From: a virus
Taxonomy: Duplodnaviria; Heunggongvirae; Uroviricota; Caudoviricetes
Reading direction: 5' to 3' (one strand)
Length of the DNA: 64,000 nucleotides
IMG/VR virus record: IMGVR_UViG_3300028833_000001
Span: 297,446 to 361,445 of that record
The stretch's first letter is position 1. Each line of letters starts with the position of its first letter. Shown in pieces: positions 1 through 12,900 of this stretch. A program made the translations under genes and the position numbers. The notes beneath the pieces are model-generated. The model did not search any database. It saw only the letters and a program-made list of their open reading frames with translations, and was not told the origin of the DNA.

Positions 1-2
1 GA

Positions 3-2426
3 GTTTTAAGTGCTTCGTTGGATAAATACAATTTCAAAACCACAGACAAAAAATTAACCGAACTGACATTTGAATATATAAATGGATTATGTAATGGCGA
101 AATTTTAGGAAAATCAACAATTGTGAGTGATGGCGGTGCAGTTGTGTTATATGTTTATTTGGACAAAAACGGAGAAAAAAAGATATTAACCGATGACCCT
201 GGAGCTTTTGGTAATCCTATAATTGTACCAACAAAAGAAGTTTTTGATGAAATGTATGATTCGTTAGATGATTTTTCAAAGGTTTTACTTGATTATACAA
301 CGAATCCATTGTTTGTGGCAAAATTTGATACCCCACATTTTAATCGCGACGGTAGATATTGGGTACTAGAAAAATATATATTTCCAAGTATTACCAGTTC
401 AGACGGTAAATTTTTCAGTCCAAGAACATCTGGCCCAGCATTTTCTGGGTATTTTGCCAAACTAATGGCATTGGCTGAATCTTTGGATGAGTTTGATTCT
501 AATAATTTGATTAGAATGTTGACTCACGAATCAATTTTGAATTTGGATTGGAGTGTATTAAACACGAAATATGCCGATGACGAAGATAATTCTGTTGACA
601 ACTCCAGAATTAAAGCTATGCTTGAAATTTATGCTAGACAGTTTGATGACATAAAAAGATATGCTGACAACGTTAAAAACACTACTAAAATTTCGTATAA
701 TGAATCTAGTAATGTTCCTGACTATTTTCTTTCTGATAAAGCGAATAATGATGGGTGGGATTTGCCAAATATGGCCCCAATAGAGGATACAAGTATATAC
801 ACTAATGTTTTATACCCGCAATCAATGTCTGTCGGGTACAATAGTTCTGATTATAATATAGAGTTTGAAAGAAGACTAATACTTAATAGTCGGTTCATAA
901 AATCATTAAGGGGTACGAGATATGGTGTTGAAACGCTTCTTGGCTTGCTTGGATTGAAAAATGGCGCAAAGGAAACAGACCAATCCATAAACACTGGTTT
1001 GACAGCTGGATATTATGAATTGCATGAACATATTGCGGTTGCAACTACATTTCCGTCATTAATAGACATTAATTTAGCCATTGAAAATAGCGATGATTAT
1101 GACGAAACTTATTCTCAATATTTTGATTACCCAATAGCTATCGTAAACAGGGGTGAAACGCCTAGTGCAAATTTTGTTGTTCCGTGGTACGACAGAAAAA
1201 ATAGCTATACAAATTATATGTACTTTCAGATGAATGGAGGTTGGGGGCACGTTCCGTCTAAAAAAATTAATCTTGAAATTAGTACGGCTTCGTCAATAAC
1301 GGAAACTGCAATAACATCAATCTACGATGAAACTATACAATATTTGAAGTATGCCACCACAATAGATGAGTTGACTGGATACACGCAATCAAATATTAGG
1401 AGAAACATGGTTTGTTATGTCGAAAATATAGAGGGTATTTACGGTGGATACAATGCGGATGAGGAAGATAAGGCTATAATAGAAGAAACTAGTGGCGAAT
1501 GTTTTTCTCACTATTTTATATTGAAAAACACAGCGTTGTCTCCGTTTATAGGATTTGTAACTCCAGATGAAAGTGGGGGGAAATATAATTGTTATGGGTG
1601 GAGAAACGTATTCAGACATGAATTTGATGGAACATCGGCCATAACTTGCGATGGAACTTGCGTTTTGTATTTAGAATCAATACAATCGGATAACAGTGGA
1701 AATAACATGCACGCTGGATTTGGTGAATATGACGATGGGTTAGAATATCTTGAATATTTCAATCAAATTTTTAAAAACAAATTAGAAAATAACCAATTTT
1801 CACTAGTTTCGTCAAACGATGGGGCAGACCTACCAATTTCAATTGACACAATTAAAAATATTGGGTTTAATGTTGATTTTAATTTAGTTGTTGACGATAC
1901 AAAATGCCATTGTTTCATTAATACAGATTCAACTGGAATAGAAATAATTGACCCGTCTGTGCTTGGAGATGATGCGAATGATAGCGAACAGACTGATAGT
2001 GAAACTTTGGTTATAGTTGGCGATGAAGTTGACGATGATATGGATTTAACAAATTGGGATGATATATATGATTCTTTTGTTAATCCTATTGATGGTGGTG
2101 ATTCAGTTGATGAAATGGCTGCTCTATCGGTTATTAATGTTAAAAATACAAATATTAATTTTATAACGAACAATAATATTCATTATAGGGAATACATACA
2201 ATATATCATAATACCTTTATTAGAGCAAATGATTCCGTCTACAACGATTTTTTCATACACATTTGACGGAGAAGAAAGCCCAGCAATTGCTGAACCGTTT
2301 AGTAATGCTCAACCAATTTCAATAACCACATTGTATGCCGATGCTGCTGTTCCGTCAGAATATGAACCATTGACCGAGTTTGACATCAATACAAATACAA
2401 TACCGACAATAATAGAAGTAGAATAA
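3..2426 (+). CDS. Virion structural protein, baseplate-wedge-like; 5'-truncated
   Basis: Frame is open from the window edge. Acidic 800+ aa ORF. 'IKSLRGTRYGVETLLGLLG' resembles the (K/R)GT..G motif of baseplate wedge/tail proteins. Confidence 0.5.
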   Translation, partial: VLSASLDKYNFKTTDKKLTELTFEYINGLCNGEILGKSTIVSDGGAVVLYVYLDKNGEKKILTDDPGAFGNPIIVPTKEVFDEMYDSLDDFSKVLLDYTTNPLFVAKFDTPHFNRDGRYWVLEKYIFPSITSSDGKFFSPRTSGPAFSGYFAKLMALAESLDEFDSNNLIRMLTHESILNLDWSVLNTKYADDEDNSVDNSRIKAMLEIYARQFDDIKRYADNVKNTTKISYNESSNVPDYFLSDKANNDGWDLPNMAPIEDTSIYTNVLYPQSMSVGYNSSDYNIEFERRLILNSRFIKSLRGTRYGVETLLGLLGLKNGAKETDQSINTGLTAGYYELHEHIAVATTFPSLIDINLAIENSDDYDETYSQYFDYPIAIVNRGETPSANFVVPWYDRKNSYTNYMYFQMNGGWGHVPSKKINLEISTASSITETAITSIYDETIQYLKYATTIDELTGYTQSNIRRNMVCYVENIEGIYGGYNADEEDKAIIEETSGECFSHYFILKNTALSPFIGFVTPDESGGKYNCYGWRNVFRHEFDGTSAITCDGTCVLYLESIQSDNSGNNMHAGFGEYDDGLEYLEYFNQIFKNKLENNQFSLVSSNDGADLPISIDTIKNIGFNVDFNLVVDDTKCHCFINTDSTGIEIIDPSVLGDDANDSEQTDSETLVIVGDEVDDDMDLTNWDDIYDSFVNPIDGGDSVDEMAALSVINVKNTNINFITNNNIHYREYIQYIIIPLLEQMIPSTTIFSYTFDGEESPAIAEPFSNAQPISITTLYADAAVPSEYEPLTEFDINTNTIPTIIEVE

Positions 2427-2439
2427 ACACTATACATAT

Positions 2440-3516
2440 ATGGCTAGAATATTTAGTTGGAAAATAACAAACGGTAAGTACGCCTATCTTGTTAAAGATG
2501 AGGAAAATAACACTTATATTAGAAATAGAATAAACGACAGCCTTACATTATTGGCTTTTTCAAAAACAATTTTAGGCTTTAGTGAAAATCAATATATGGC
2601 TGAATATAATAACCTAAGGAATGAAGTATTAAGCCTTTACGGGAAAGATATTGGTAGTGATTATAGCGTATATTATGATACTGGAGAAGATGGAGGCTCT
2701 AACAGGCTAATACTTTTAACTGGAAAAGATGGTGAAAATGCAAGTAGTGTACAAAACAATAATGGAGTCATATCTAATAATGATTATGAGACTTTATCTA
2801 GTATTATAGACACCAGAATTGACGAATATCAAGAAAGGGAAAATTTGTTACGAGACGATGTTAAGGAATATATTGAAGCTTCTATAGGCTCATCAGTGTC
2901 AAATGCTATGGAAAATATAATTGCGACAAACGCAAGACTAGATGCATTACAATTAGAAGTTAATGATGTCATATCCAACGACTCTGATATAATTAATGCA
3001 ATTGATGTTTTTACTGGCGCAACGCAAAACAATATGGCAACACTTTTGTCAGACACAACTGCGTTGAAAGGTTGGATGAATGATTATAGTGGAAGTATCA
3101 GTGGAATTGTTCATGATTATAATGAGGCAAATTATACAATTGGTTCTATGGATGGGGCCAACCCTTCTAGTGGCTTATTCGCCAATATTGGAACATGTTT
3201 CAACAAATTAAACAATAAAATAGGTAAAGTTGAATCTCAATGCTATGAATTATCTGGCACTGTAGAAACTATAAGAAAACCTATATCGAACGATGATATA
3301 ACTCAAATATTATCTTCAAAGTCTGTAATAAATAAAGATTCGTGCGTGCAGCAATTATCTTCAGAAGATGGGATTGTTTTTAAATATAGCGACAACGCTT
3401 TTATGTCGTTTTTGAGCGGCGAAATAACACTACAATCTGGCGATTATGGACTGAAAATAACTAATGATGGTATTTTTGTAAGAAAAAAAGGTGGTGATTA
3501 CATAAAACAAAAATAG
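2440..3516 (+). CDS. Hypothetical virion protein with coiled-coil middle
   Basis: 358-aa ORF in the structural cluster, followed by a terminator. Confidence 0.6.
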   Translation: MARIFSWKITNGKYAYLVKDEENNTYIRNRINDSLTLLAFSKTILGFSENQYMAEYNNLRNEVLSLYGKDIGSDYSVYYDTGEDGGSNRLILLTGKDGENASSVQNNNGVISNNDYETLSSIIDTRIDEYQERENLLRDDVKEYIEASIGSSVSNAMENIIATNARLDALQLEVNDVISNDSDIINAIDVFTGATQNNMATLLSDTTALKGWMNDYSGSISGIVHDYNEANYTIGSMDGANPSSGLFANIGTCFNKLNNKIGKVESQCYELSGTVETIRKPISNDDITQILSSKSVINKDSCVQQLSSEDGIVFKYSDNAFMSFLSGEITLQSGDYGLKITNDGIFVRKKGGDYIKQK

Positions 3517-3526
3517 AATAAAAAAT

Positions 3527-3559
3527 GCGTGGCAAATAAAATGCCACGCTTGTTTTTTT
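3527..3559 (+). terminator. Intrinsic terminator
   Basis: GCGTGGCA/TGCCACGC stem followed by a T tract. Confidence 0.75.
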
Positions 3560-3566
3560 ATGACAA

Positions 3567-3575
3567 ACTATTTAT
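3567..3575 (+). promoter_or_regulatory. Recurrent CTATTTAT motif, candidate phage promoter
   Basis: ACTATTTAT 46 nt before an ATG. The same motif recurs upstream of many genes. Confidence 0.55.
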
Positions 3576-3620
3576 GTTAAATGAATAATAACCACAAGAC
3601 TTCAATATAACAACATATAC

Positions 3621-4595
3621 ATGGCAAGAATAGTTGTAAATCCCCATAGAGATACTGAAAGTGTAATAAGACATGAGCAGAGTAAAGGCAAAATACTTAA
3701 TAACAGAGGGGAGATTTTAATTTGTAACGAGCCTGGAAACGAGGGGGTATACGTTTTAAATTCAAGGCATGAACTTGTCAAAGTTGGAACTAATTTATCA
3801 ACAGCAACAAGCGCTATAACTAAAGAATATATCGACCAAAGAATTGTTGAATTAATGTCTGGCTATAGCGGAACAAGTATTGATGAAAATGTCGTTAGAC
3901 AGATAGCTAATGACAGTGTTAATACGGCTATAGAAGAGTTAATTGATAATGCTGATGAGAGGTATAATACACTTGGCAAAATTTCTGAGTGGATTATTAA
4001 TAATTCTGGTTCCGATGTTACTTGGGTTATTGATAGTATTTCAGCGCTTACAGAAAATATTACTAACATTGAAAATGATGTTTCTGGTATAACAGAAAAC
4101 ATGTCAGGTCTTGATAATAGAGTTGGGTATCTTGAAGGGGTTGTTTCAGGCAAAAGTACAGACCATTTTGTGATGACTTTAAGTCAATATCAAGAATTAT
4201 TGACAAACGGTATTGTTAATGTGGACAAATATGGCACAATAACATATAATGATGACCATTTTTATTGTATATATGAAGATGATACCCCTCAACCAACACC
4301 ATCAAGTGGAACTATTATAATGAGTGGCGACACAATAAGTTTTGATGCAAATTATCCGTATGAAAATGGCGAAGTTCCATCACTATACATAGGAGAAATA
4401 GAAACATCTGGAAATGGTGTAGTTCAAGTTGATTGGCTCATTGATAACGGAAATGATGATAGTCAAACTGAAGATGTTGATATAGAAGGTGATAGAATAT
4501 CAATTAGCAATGCAGTTTATAACTCTGGTGAACTAAACATAGGAACAATAAACGATAATAAATATGGTATTGTTGATGTACCATGGGAAATTTAA
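3621..4595 (+). CDS. Fiber-like structural protein
   Basis: N-terminal RGEILICN module shared with other fiber genes, plus 'YNTLGKISEWI' (DTLxEI-type fiber motif) and a coiled coil. Confidence 0.55.
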   Translation: MARIVVNPHRDTESVIRHEQSKGKILNNRGEILICNEPGNEGVYVLNSRHELVKVGTNLSTATSAITKEYIDQRIVELMSGYSGTSIDENVVRQIANDSVNTAIEELIDNADERYNTLGKISEWIINNSGSDVTWVIDSISALTENITNIENDVSGITENMSGLDNRVGYLEGVVSGKSTDHFVMTLSQYQELLTNGIVNVDKYGTITYNDDHFYCIYEDDTPQPTPSSGTIIMSGDTISFDANYPYENGEVPSLYIGEIETSGNGVVQVDWLIDNGNDDSQTEDVDIEGDRISISNAVYNSGELNIGTINDNKYGIVDVPWEI

Positions 4596-4632
4596 ATTAG
4601 AAGTGAATAATAAGTAAAAAAGAAATAAAAAT

Positions 4633-6672
4633 ATGTCATACGTAAAACAATTTAGAGCAAAAGCAAAAGATACTGGCGCAGATGTAATTCTTGATATTTA
4701 TGCTTCATCAGCAGATACATCTATAAGCGCAGTAACTTCTTTAAATACAGAAGCTATTGGTAATGTTGAAAAATACTCAGAATATGATGGTGAGAAATAT
4801 CATGAAGGTTTGACATTTGTCAATGGAGCACAAAGAGGTGTGATAGAGCTAAATGATAAGGGTAATTTGGCTGTGGAATCGTTATCAAAGCATCTTAACC
4901 TTGAATCAGCAAAGGGTGTGCAAATTAAACCAACAACAAACATAATATTAGACTCAACAAGAAGAATTGTTTCAAATAAGGGTAACGAAATTCAAGTAGA
5001 AGCAAAGTTTGATGATTATGGAAAAGTAACTGGTTTTGACGGCTCTGATGAACCTTGGGCGGAATTAAAAATAAACTCAAGAAATCTTGATTTACGCTGT
5101 CACGACCACGGTGGAATTGCATTGCAAATTGCTGGGCACGATGGAAGCGGTTTTGAAAATAAAATAAAATTTGAAAGCGATAGAACAACGCAAATCGGTG
5201 CGACAAAACATTACAGTGGAGAAGGCGGAAAAGGCCTTGAATTTGGAACCTTTAATAATGAACATGCATCTCTTTTCTGTGGTGATTATAGATTTAAGGG
5301 GGACGCTAATGTATATGGAGTAACAAGACAAACACCAACACAAACGTCAACTGGAAAAATAGATTACCCAACACAAAATGATGATTTTAAGGATGTTATA
5401 GACCCAACAAAGGCTGCTACTTGGAATGAAATTATAGATGCAGCTAAAAAATGTGCAAATCTTGATGAAACTGTTAGGGCTGAAGTTGCAAAAGCGGCTT
5501 TGAGTGGCGAAATAGACACTAGTATATTCGTTACTAAGAGCGATGTTAACGATATTGTAGCGTCCGCAATAAGCGAAGCACATATTGATTTAACTGGGCT
5601 AGCAACAGAAGAGTGGGTTCTTGACCAAAATTATATTGACGCTTTACCAGATGGTGTTCAATATATTAAAATGGGTAAGAGCAAAGGCAATTTCGCCGTT
5701 GATGTTACTGGCAAATATACTTGGGAGTTAACAAGTCCTAAATCAGCAACGACAGTTGATGAATATGATGATGTACACGCAAAAGGTGATAGGGTTATAA
5801 ATTACACAAATGAAGCGTTTTATACCGACCCAAATAAGGTGTACTACAAAGCTGGAATGGAGACCAAACTAGCTGATAACGTTACTGTTGTACCAGCAGA
5901 TACAATTGTTTACAACCAAGCATGTAATTTAACATTTGATGTTCCTGAAGGTGCATATCAATATTTCCCATGCACAAGTGCAGATACATCATTTTATGAG
6001 GACCCAACTAAATTTGCTTATAAATGCCTAATTAAGGACTCTTTAGATTTTGAAGGAAATCCAAGGCCGAAAAAATATATGGTTGATGGTGCTGGCCTTT
6101 CTGAATCAGCAATTACATATTATAACAGTAAAGCAACAGTTTATGATGAAGATGGTGTTACCGTTTTAGTTCCTGGCGAATGGGAACGTGTTGATGTTTG
6201 GAAAAAATCGACATTGTGGTCACAAAACGAAATCAACATTAACCTTGAAACAGATAGTAAAATAAAATTTGCTGGAAAGAAAATAGAAACTGTATGGACC
6301 TATGATGATGTAGACCATAAAATGGATGATATTTTACTTTCAACCAATACATTATCTACAGATGCAAATGAAGTTGTGTTTGAACAAAAGATTTCTAAAA
6401 ACGGTGATAGAGAAGGCCAAGATAGTGAAATAGTGTATTCATTTGGAAATAATGTTGCTGACACTGAAAAGGTTCCAGATTTTGAAGCGTTTAAGGCAAA
6501 TTACAACGGAAAGCATACACCAAAAACAGATGAAGAACTACAATCAATGTATGATGCTTTCTTAGCTGAAGGTCAATCGTTTGAAATTAGGGTAAAAGTA
6601 AGTGAACTTCTTGGATTGGTTTCCAGGGTTGCTGAACTTGAAGCAAGGTTGAATGCATTAGAAAATAATTAA
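4633..6672 (+). CDS. Putative tail fiber/spike protein
   Basis: 679 aa, beta-rich, 'DLTGLATEEWV' fiber motif, C-terminal coiled coil RVAELEARLNALE. Confidence 0.5.
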   Translation: MSYVKQFRAKAKDTGADVILDIYASSADTSISAVTSLNTEAIGNVEKYSEYDGEKYHEGLTFVNGAQRGVIELNDKGNLAVESLSKHLNLESAKGVQIKPTTNIILDSTRRIVSNKGNEIQVEAKFDDYGKVTGFDGSDEPWAELKINSRNLDLRCHDHGGIALQIAGHDGSGFENKIKFESDRTTQIGATKHYSGEGGKGLEFGTFNNEHASLFCGDYRFKGDANVYGVTRQTPTQTSTGKIDYPTQNDDFKDVIDPTKAATWNEIIDAAKKCANLDETVRAEVAKAALSGEIDTSIFVTKSDVNDIVASAISEAHIDLTGLATEEWVLDQNYIDALPDGVQYIKMGKSKGNFAVDVTGKYTWELTSPKSATTVDEYDDVHAKGDRVINYTNEAFYTDPNKVYYKAGMETKLADNVTVVPADTIVYNQACNLTFDVPEGAYQYFPCTSADTSFYEDPTKFAYKCLIKDSLDFEGNPRPKKYMVDGAGLSESAITYYNSKATVYDEDGVTVLVPGEWERVDVWKKSTLWSQNEININLETDSKIKFAGKKIETVWTYDDVDHKMDDILLSTNTLSTDANEVVFEQKISKNGDREGQDSEIVYSFGNNVADTEKVPDFEAFKANYNGKHTPKTDEELQSMYDAFLAEGQSFEIRVKVSELLGLVSRVAELEARLNALENN

Positions 6673-6686
6673 TATATTGTTTATAA

Positions 6687-6866
6687 ATGATAATTCACGG
6701 TAAACAAGAAATAATTGACTTATATCATGGTGCACTTCAATTAATAGAAGTGTACCATGGTAAATTATTGATTTATAAGTTAAAAAAGGAAATAGATTCA
6801 TGTTTTGGTAATGGGTATTGGATTAACAATTTACCGTGGTTAAATACAGATGGGTGGAAAAATTAA
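6687..6866 (+). CDS. Small Trp-rich phage protein (59 aa; not in ORF track)
   Basis: MIIHGKQ...SCFGNGYWINNLPWLNTDGWKN fills the gap between two genes. Confidence 0.7.
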   Translation: MIIHGKQEIIDLYHGALQLIEVYHGKLLIYKLKKEIDSCFGNGYWINNLPWLNTDGWKN

Positions 6867-6904
6867 ATTTTATTAATAACAAACAATATTTTCATTAAGG
6901 AAGA

Positions 6905-9900
6905 ATGGCAAAAACGTATAACGGAAATATTACAAAGCATACTGATTGGGGCGGGGATGCCTCAACAAGCGGATTACCAGTAAGCGGAAAAATCGTACAG
7001 CAATTTATAAAAGATGAACTTGATAGCAAGATTGGCGCTTTCTACAAACCAGAAGGCAGCACAACAATATATTCGTTTCCAGACGATGAAACTAAAGAAG
7101 CTTATATTCTAACTGGAGATGAATCACTGATTATTGATAGTTTTGAAACAGTGTCAAAATATAATGTTGTCATCAATCAAGAAGGCCTTGATTTGTCGCA
7201 TAGTGTTTTAGCTGGTTCTACTGGAAATACGGTTGAATTTTCTTTTAAGATAGTTGACGATAACAACATGAGTTCTGACGCGTCAGCTAAAATTGAGTTT
7301 TCTATTACTGGGTCTGGTATTAATAATAAATTCACGACAGAAGTTGCTGTTGCGGCTGGAGAATGGACCGTTGTACGGGAAAATATAGATAAATATTTGA
7401 GAACTGGGGCAAATAGTGTGTCAATTAAGATTGTAGGTTTGACAACGTTTACAACCACACAATTTATTATGACATATAATTTGTTTGATTTAACTTTTAT
7501 CCCTAATTTTGAATATCAGACAGTCAAAACTGGTAACACAATTTCTGTTCCTTATATTATTGCTTGTAGTGATACAAAATACCTGGAATTTTATATTGAT
7601 GGAGAACAAGTTCATAGTTCAGAATCTGAAACAATCACAGATATTAGAAAAGATGGGACTGCGACTTTGAATATATCTAATTTGTCGATAGGCCAACATT
7701 CATTGCAGGTTAGAGCGTATGTACGTTCAGGAGACGGAACGGTTTTTTATACACCGATACATTTTTATACGTTTGCAAAATATGGCGAAACATCCCCGTC
7801 GTTTTTGTTTTATAAAGAATTACCAAATGACAATGCTATTGTTTTAAATAATGAGGTTTTAACCATTACTGGAAACCAGTTTGAAGAAATATCGTTCGAT
7901 TGGTCTTTATATGATTATCTCGAAAGAAAAACCACTGTTTATTTTGAATTTAATGGTCTTGTAATCGGTAATACTGTTGTTTTGTCAAATGGTGTGCTAA
8001 ATTCATTTTCATATAGGCCTATGGATTTCGGTACCAATTTGCCTTTGCGTGTATATGCATATAATGAAAATGATGCGTTACTATTCGATTATTTGATTCA
8101 TGTCAACGTAATTGAAGCCGTTGGCGGTATTAAGGAAACTAAAGATGGTTTGCTATTAAAATTACAAGCTATAGGAAGAAGAAACACTGATTTGGATAAA
8201 GATGTTTGGTCTTGTGTTGGCAGCGATGGGCAAACATATAAGGCGACATTTAATGGTTTTGCGTGGAATTCACAACAGGGATGGAATGAAGAACACGAGG
8301 CTCTTGTAGTGTCAAACGGGGCCACTGTTGATTTTAATATCCAGCCAATGATATCTGACTGGGCAATTAACGGCGGAACATTTGAAATTGATTTAGAAAC
8401 TTTCGATATTGATGATGATAATGCAGTAATTTGCGAATGCGCTGATGAAGTTAACGCATCAATGTTCAGAATTACAGCAACAAAAGCTGAAATATCCACA
8501 AACCAAGGGGTTTCAATTAATACGAGATATAAAGATAATGAAAAATTAAAAATATCCTTTATATGTAATAGGTCTGGAAATTTCGATGACGGAAATCTGT
8601 TATACATAATGGTTAATGGGGTGTTGGAACGTGCAGCATTATATCTTGATAGCGACAGTGTAAGGTCGTTGGGTTATTTAAAAATTGGCGACCCAACTGG
8701 AAACAGTAAAGTTAGAGTTAAATCGATAAGAGTATACAATAGAGCAATTTCAATTGATGAAGCATTTAACAATTATGTTGTTGATTCTCCTAATGTTCAA
8801 GAGATTTACGATAAAAATGACGTTTTAGGCGCTGGAACAACTGAAGTTGGTTTTGATGAGGTAGCTAATAAAATTCCAGTAATGATTTTTACTGGCAATA
8901 TGGATGATTTAAGGACTAATGGGCAAGATAAGGAGTGGAGGTATTTTGATGTTGAATATGTTAACAGACAAACACCAGAATTAAATTTTGTTTCATTTAA
9001 CTGTAGACTAAAATTACAAGGTACATCGTCTTTAGGCTATCCTCGTAAAAACTTTAAATTAAGCACTAAAGAGTCTGATTTTACACAGGAAATGTATGAG
9101 GCTTCAAATTACGAACTTGACCCTGATAGTACTATAGGTAATAAAATGCTTCGTAATAAGAGGACACATGAATTGATTGATTTTGATGATTTTAAGAATG
9201 GTGGAACATTACACAATAGCTATTGTTTTACACTAGATTCAGATGGAAAGGCACTTAAAAAAGGTAAATATAAATTTAAAAAGGGTGCTCATAAAGCAAA
9301 TAAATGGACATTGAAGGCCGATTTTATGGAATCTTCATGCTCACACAATGTCGGAGCTGGTAGAAGTTGGAACGATATCTTTGAAAATACAGAACTATTA
9401 GCCAATGGAGATGCTTCTTACACTAATCACACATATAGAGATGAGGCATTGGTAAGCAATAGCCCATATTTGAATTACACTAGACAAGACGGTGTTCATT
9501 GTTTTATTGAGAACAACACACAAGCTATTAAAGACCAAAAAAAATATGTTTGTAGGACAGATGCCCAAAAGATTTGTATTGCAAATTTGAGCAATGGAGT
9601 TGATGATATTAGAACAGCAATCGATGGATTTCCTATGGTTTGTTTTTACAGAACATCACATGCAGCAAACGATTTGGTTTTCATGGGCCAATATAATTTC
9701 ATTGACGACAAGGGTTCTTATGAGGTGTTTGGATTTGAAGACATTGAAGACCCAGATGATGATAGTACTATGATTTATGATGCCGATAAAGTTGAATGCT
9801 GGGAAGGGTTAAAAAACACTAATCCAATTTCATTATTCAAGGTGTCAGACACATTTTACGATACTGTTGATTTGGGTGACGGTAAAACCATATATAAATG

Positions 9901-12900
9901 GGAAGAAACTTATGAGTCAAGATATCCAGACCCAGATGATTATGGTAAACCAGGGAAAAAACAATACAATCCAGAAGCGTTATATGAATTAACCAAATGG
10001 CTTGTATCGACCAGACATGAATCCGATAATATAAATTCAATCAATAGTTCTAATACCATAACAATTGACAGTTCTTTTGCTGAACGTATTAATGAGTACC
10101 AATATGGTTATACACCAGATACAGCTAGTAATTATATTTATGACAGTGGTACAATGCCAGATACCCCAGAAAACAGACAAAAGAAATTCAACACTGAAAA
10201 ATGGGAGCATTTTGACGTGTGGAAACTTGCTGGGTATTATATATTCTTAATGAGATATGGAGCTGTTGACCAATTTGTTAAAAATACAATGCTGTTTACT
10301 GATGGTAACGGAAAATATGATTTAAGAACTGATAAAAAATATAGGAAATGGTTCTTTATTAACTATGATAATGACTGTTTGTTTGGATTGAGGAATAACG
10401 GACAGTTAGCGTTTGATTGGACGCTTGATAGACAGACAATCGATTCCGCTTCTGATATAATAGTTGACGACCAGGCCGATAATGACGATTCTAATAATGC
10501 GTATGCTATGATGGGCCACGATTCTACATTGTGGAACAATCTTGAACGCGATGATGAATTTATGAGAATGGTTCGTGATTTGGATTACTCGATGAGTAAA
10601 TACAAATTAAATTACGATAACATGGTTACCGAATTTGATACCAACCAAACTGAACGTTGGTGTGAAAGAATTTACAATGCCAACGAAAAATACAAATATA
10701 TTAACTCAGCAAAGGGTATTGGTGATATGAGCGGAAGCCCAGTAAACAACTTGTGGATGCTACAGGGTACGAGAAGGTCACATAGACACTGGTGGATAGC
10801 TAACCATTTTAACTTACTTGATGCACGTTGGTTGTCAGGAGATTATAAAAATACTTATGTTGAGATTAAAACTAACTGTAAAGCTGGGACCGCGATACAT
10901 GCAGTCGCTTCAATGAAATATTATTACGCTTGGGGTCAACAAAAGAAAATATACGAAAGTAATATGGTGCGCAATGAGGGCGAACCAATCGATTTTATTT
11001 TCGATACAGACCAATCACAAGGCGACCCAGTATATATTTATGCGTTTAATAAGTTTTCTGAACTTGATTTTTCAGAAATTGCACCGTTAGCGTATGAGGG
11101 TTGTTTTAAGTTTGTTCTTGGCGACACATTAGTATCAAACAGCCTTAAAAAGTTAGTACTTGGTAATCCTTCTGTTGTTAATAATGCCGCCCAAGACACA
11201 ACGACTTGGATTAATTTACCTAATTTGGAATATCTCGATATAACTAATTGGGCAGGTATTACAAGCGTTCCGTTACATGCATTTAACAATTTAACAGTAT
11301 TTAAGGCTGGTGGGTCAAGAATTGGCTCATTTGAGCCTTCTGAAGGTTCTAATTTTTCACAGGTTGTATTGCCGACAACAATTAGACATATTAACTTAAA
11401 TAACGTTAAATTTGGTAATAATATGAACCAAAATTTGGAATATACACCAAATACTACGTTAGATAATTTAATTATAAGTAATAATGACGGTGTTGGGTTA
11501 AATTATTATAATAAATTAATATTGCCGTGGATTACCTCAATCGAAAATTCAGTGCAATCAGATTTATTGTATGCAAACAAAACATTATCAATTAACAATG
11601 TTGATTGGGTCTTTAATAATATGAACTCCGTTCGTATTTTTAAGAACTTCAAGACCAAAGGAATGTCGTTTAATATTACTGGTAGAATTGATTTAACTCG
11701 TTGCGGTAATTTATCAATGGAAAATATTGATGAGTTAAAGGAAATTTTTGGTGAAAATTGCTTCAACCCAGTAACCGCTAAACTATATGTACTTACTCCA
11801 GAGAGTATTTTTATTCAATCCGATTCTGACCATATGGTTGCTGGACAAACAGCAATATTTCGTAGGGAAATTTATCCAGACGAAACATCTGTTGACGGTA
11901 AATTGCAATCGTTAAGATTTTTATTGGTTAAGGAAACGGACCAGGATAAATCAGATAACCCAGAAGTTATTGAGGATAATGTAACACAAAAGAGATATTT
12001 GGAATTGACTCCAGATGAAATTGAGGCTAAAAGACATGGATTGACACTGGTTAACAATGCTTTGTTAGCTGATTATGCAACGTTGTATGTGCCAGAAGAG
12101 GTGACAGGAGTGGATACTGAGTGTCTTGTTATGGTATATATGGATTTAACTGGTGGCGGAGAAAAAATAGCTGTAATGAATTTCACGATTAAAGACCCTA
12201 CTTACGCCACAACAGCAACCATTAACGGACAAACATCACAATACCATAACACTGAGTACGTTTATAGTATAGATTTAAGAACGCCAAGCAATAACGTTCC
12301 TATTGGAAGTTATACTGTTGAGTGGAGCCTATCTGGTAACGGTGTACAATACGTAGAATCAAGCGGTATCATAGATGGTAATCAATTAAGGTACAGTATT
12401 GTAATTGGAAATGACCAGCCAGAGGTATCAGAAGAAATGGTTTTACTGGCAAAAGTGTATAACCATAATGGCACGCAAGTCACTAGAACTGTTGAAATTC
12501 TCGTACTAAATGAAGAAGTTATTATGACGTCGCAAAGCAACCAATTTGTTTTAAGTAGATTAAACGCAGCTGGTTGGACATCTGACCCTTATGCGACTGC
12601 AATGAAAAAACAAGAGGCAGAAGCTGTTACAGTCGAAATGTTTGCCAATGACATGCCGTTTTATCAACAGACGCCAGAAAATGGATTTTCTTTTACAGAA
12701 TTACAGTATTTTACTGGTTTAACTAAATTGCCAGATAACGCATTTGCTGGTTCTAATATAAAACATATATCATTGCCATTAACAATGACTGGGCTTGGCA
12801 TTTCTTGCTTTGAATCATGTTCAATGCTAACTGGAATAACAGAAAACGGTGTGGCTGAATATACTGAAAATGATATTCCGTTTAACGTAATCCATAGTGG

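Noticed and set aside
6691-6842. Inverted repeats (TCATGGTGCACTTC/GAAGTGTACCATGG; CACGGTAAA/TTTACCGTG) suggesting an ncRNA
   Set aside because: They lie within a credible 59-aa CDS and are partly explained by repeated YHG codons. A regulatory mRNA structure remains possible.
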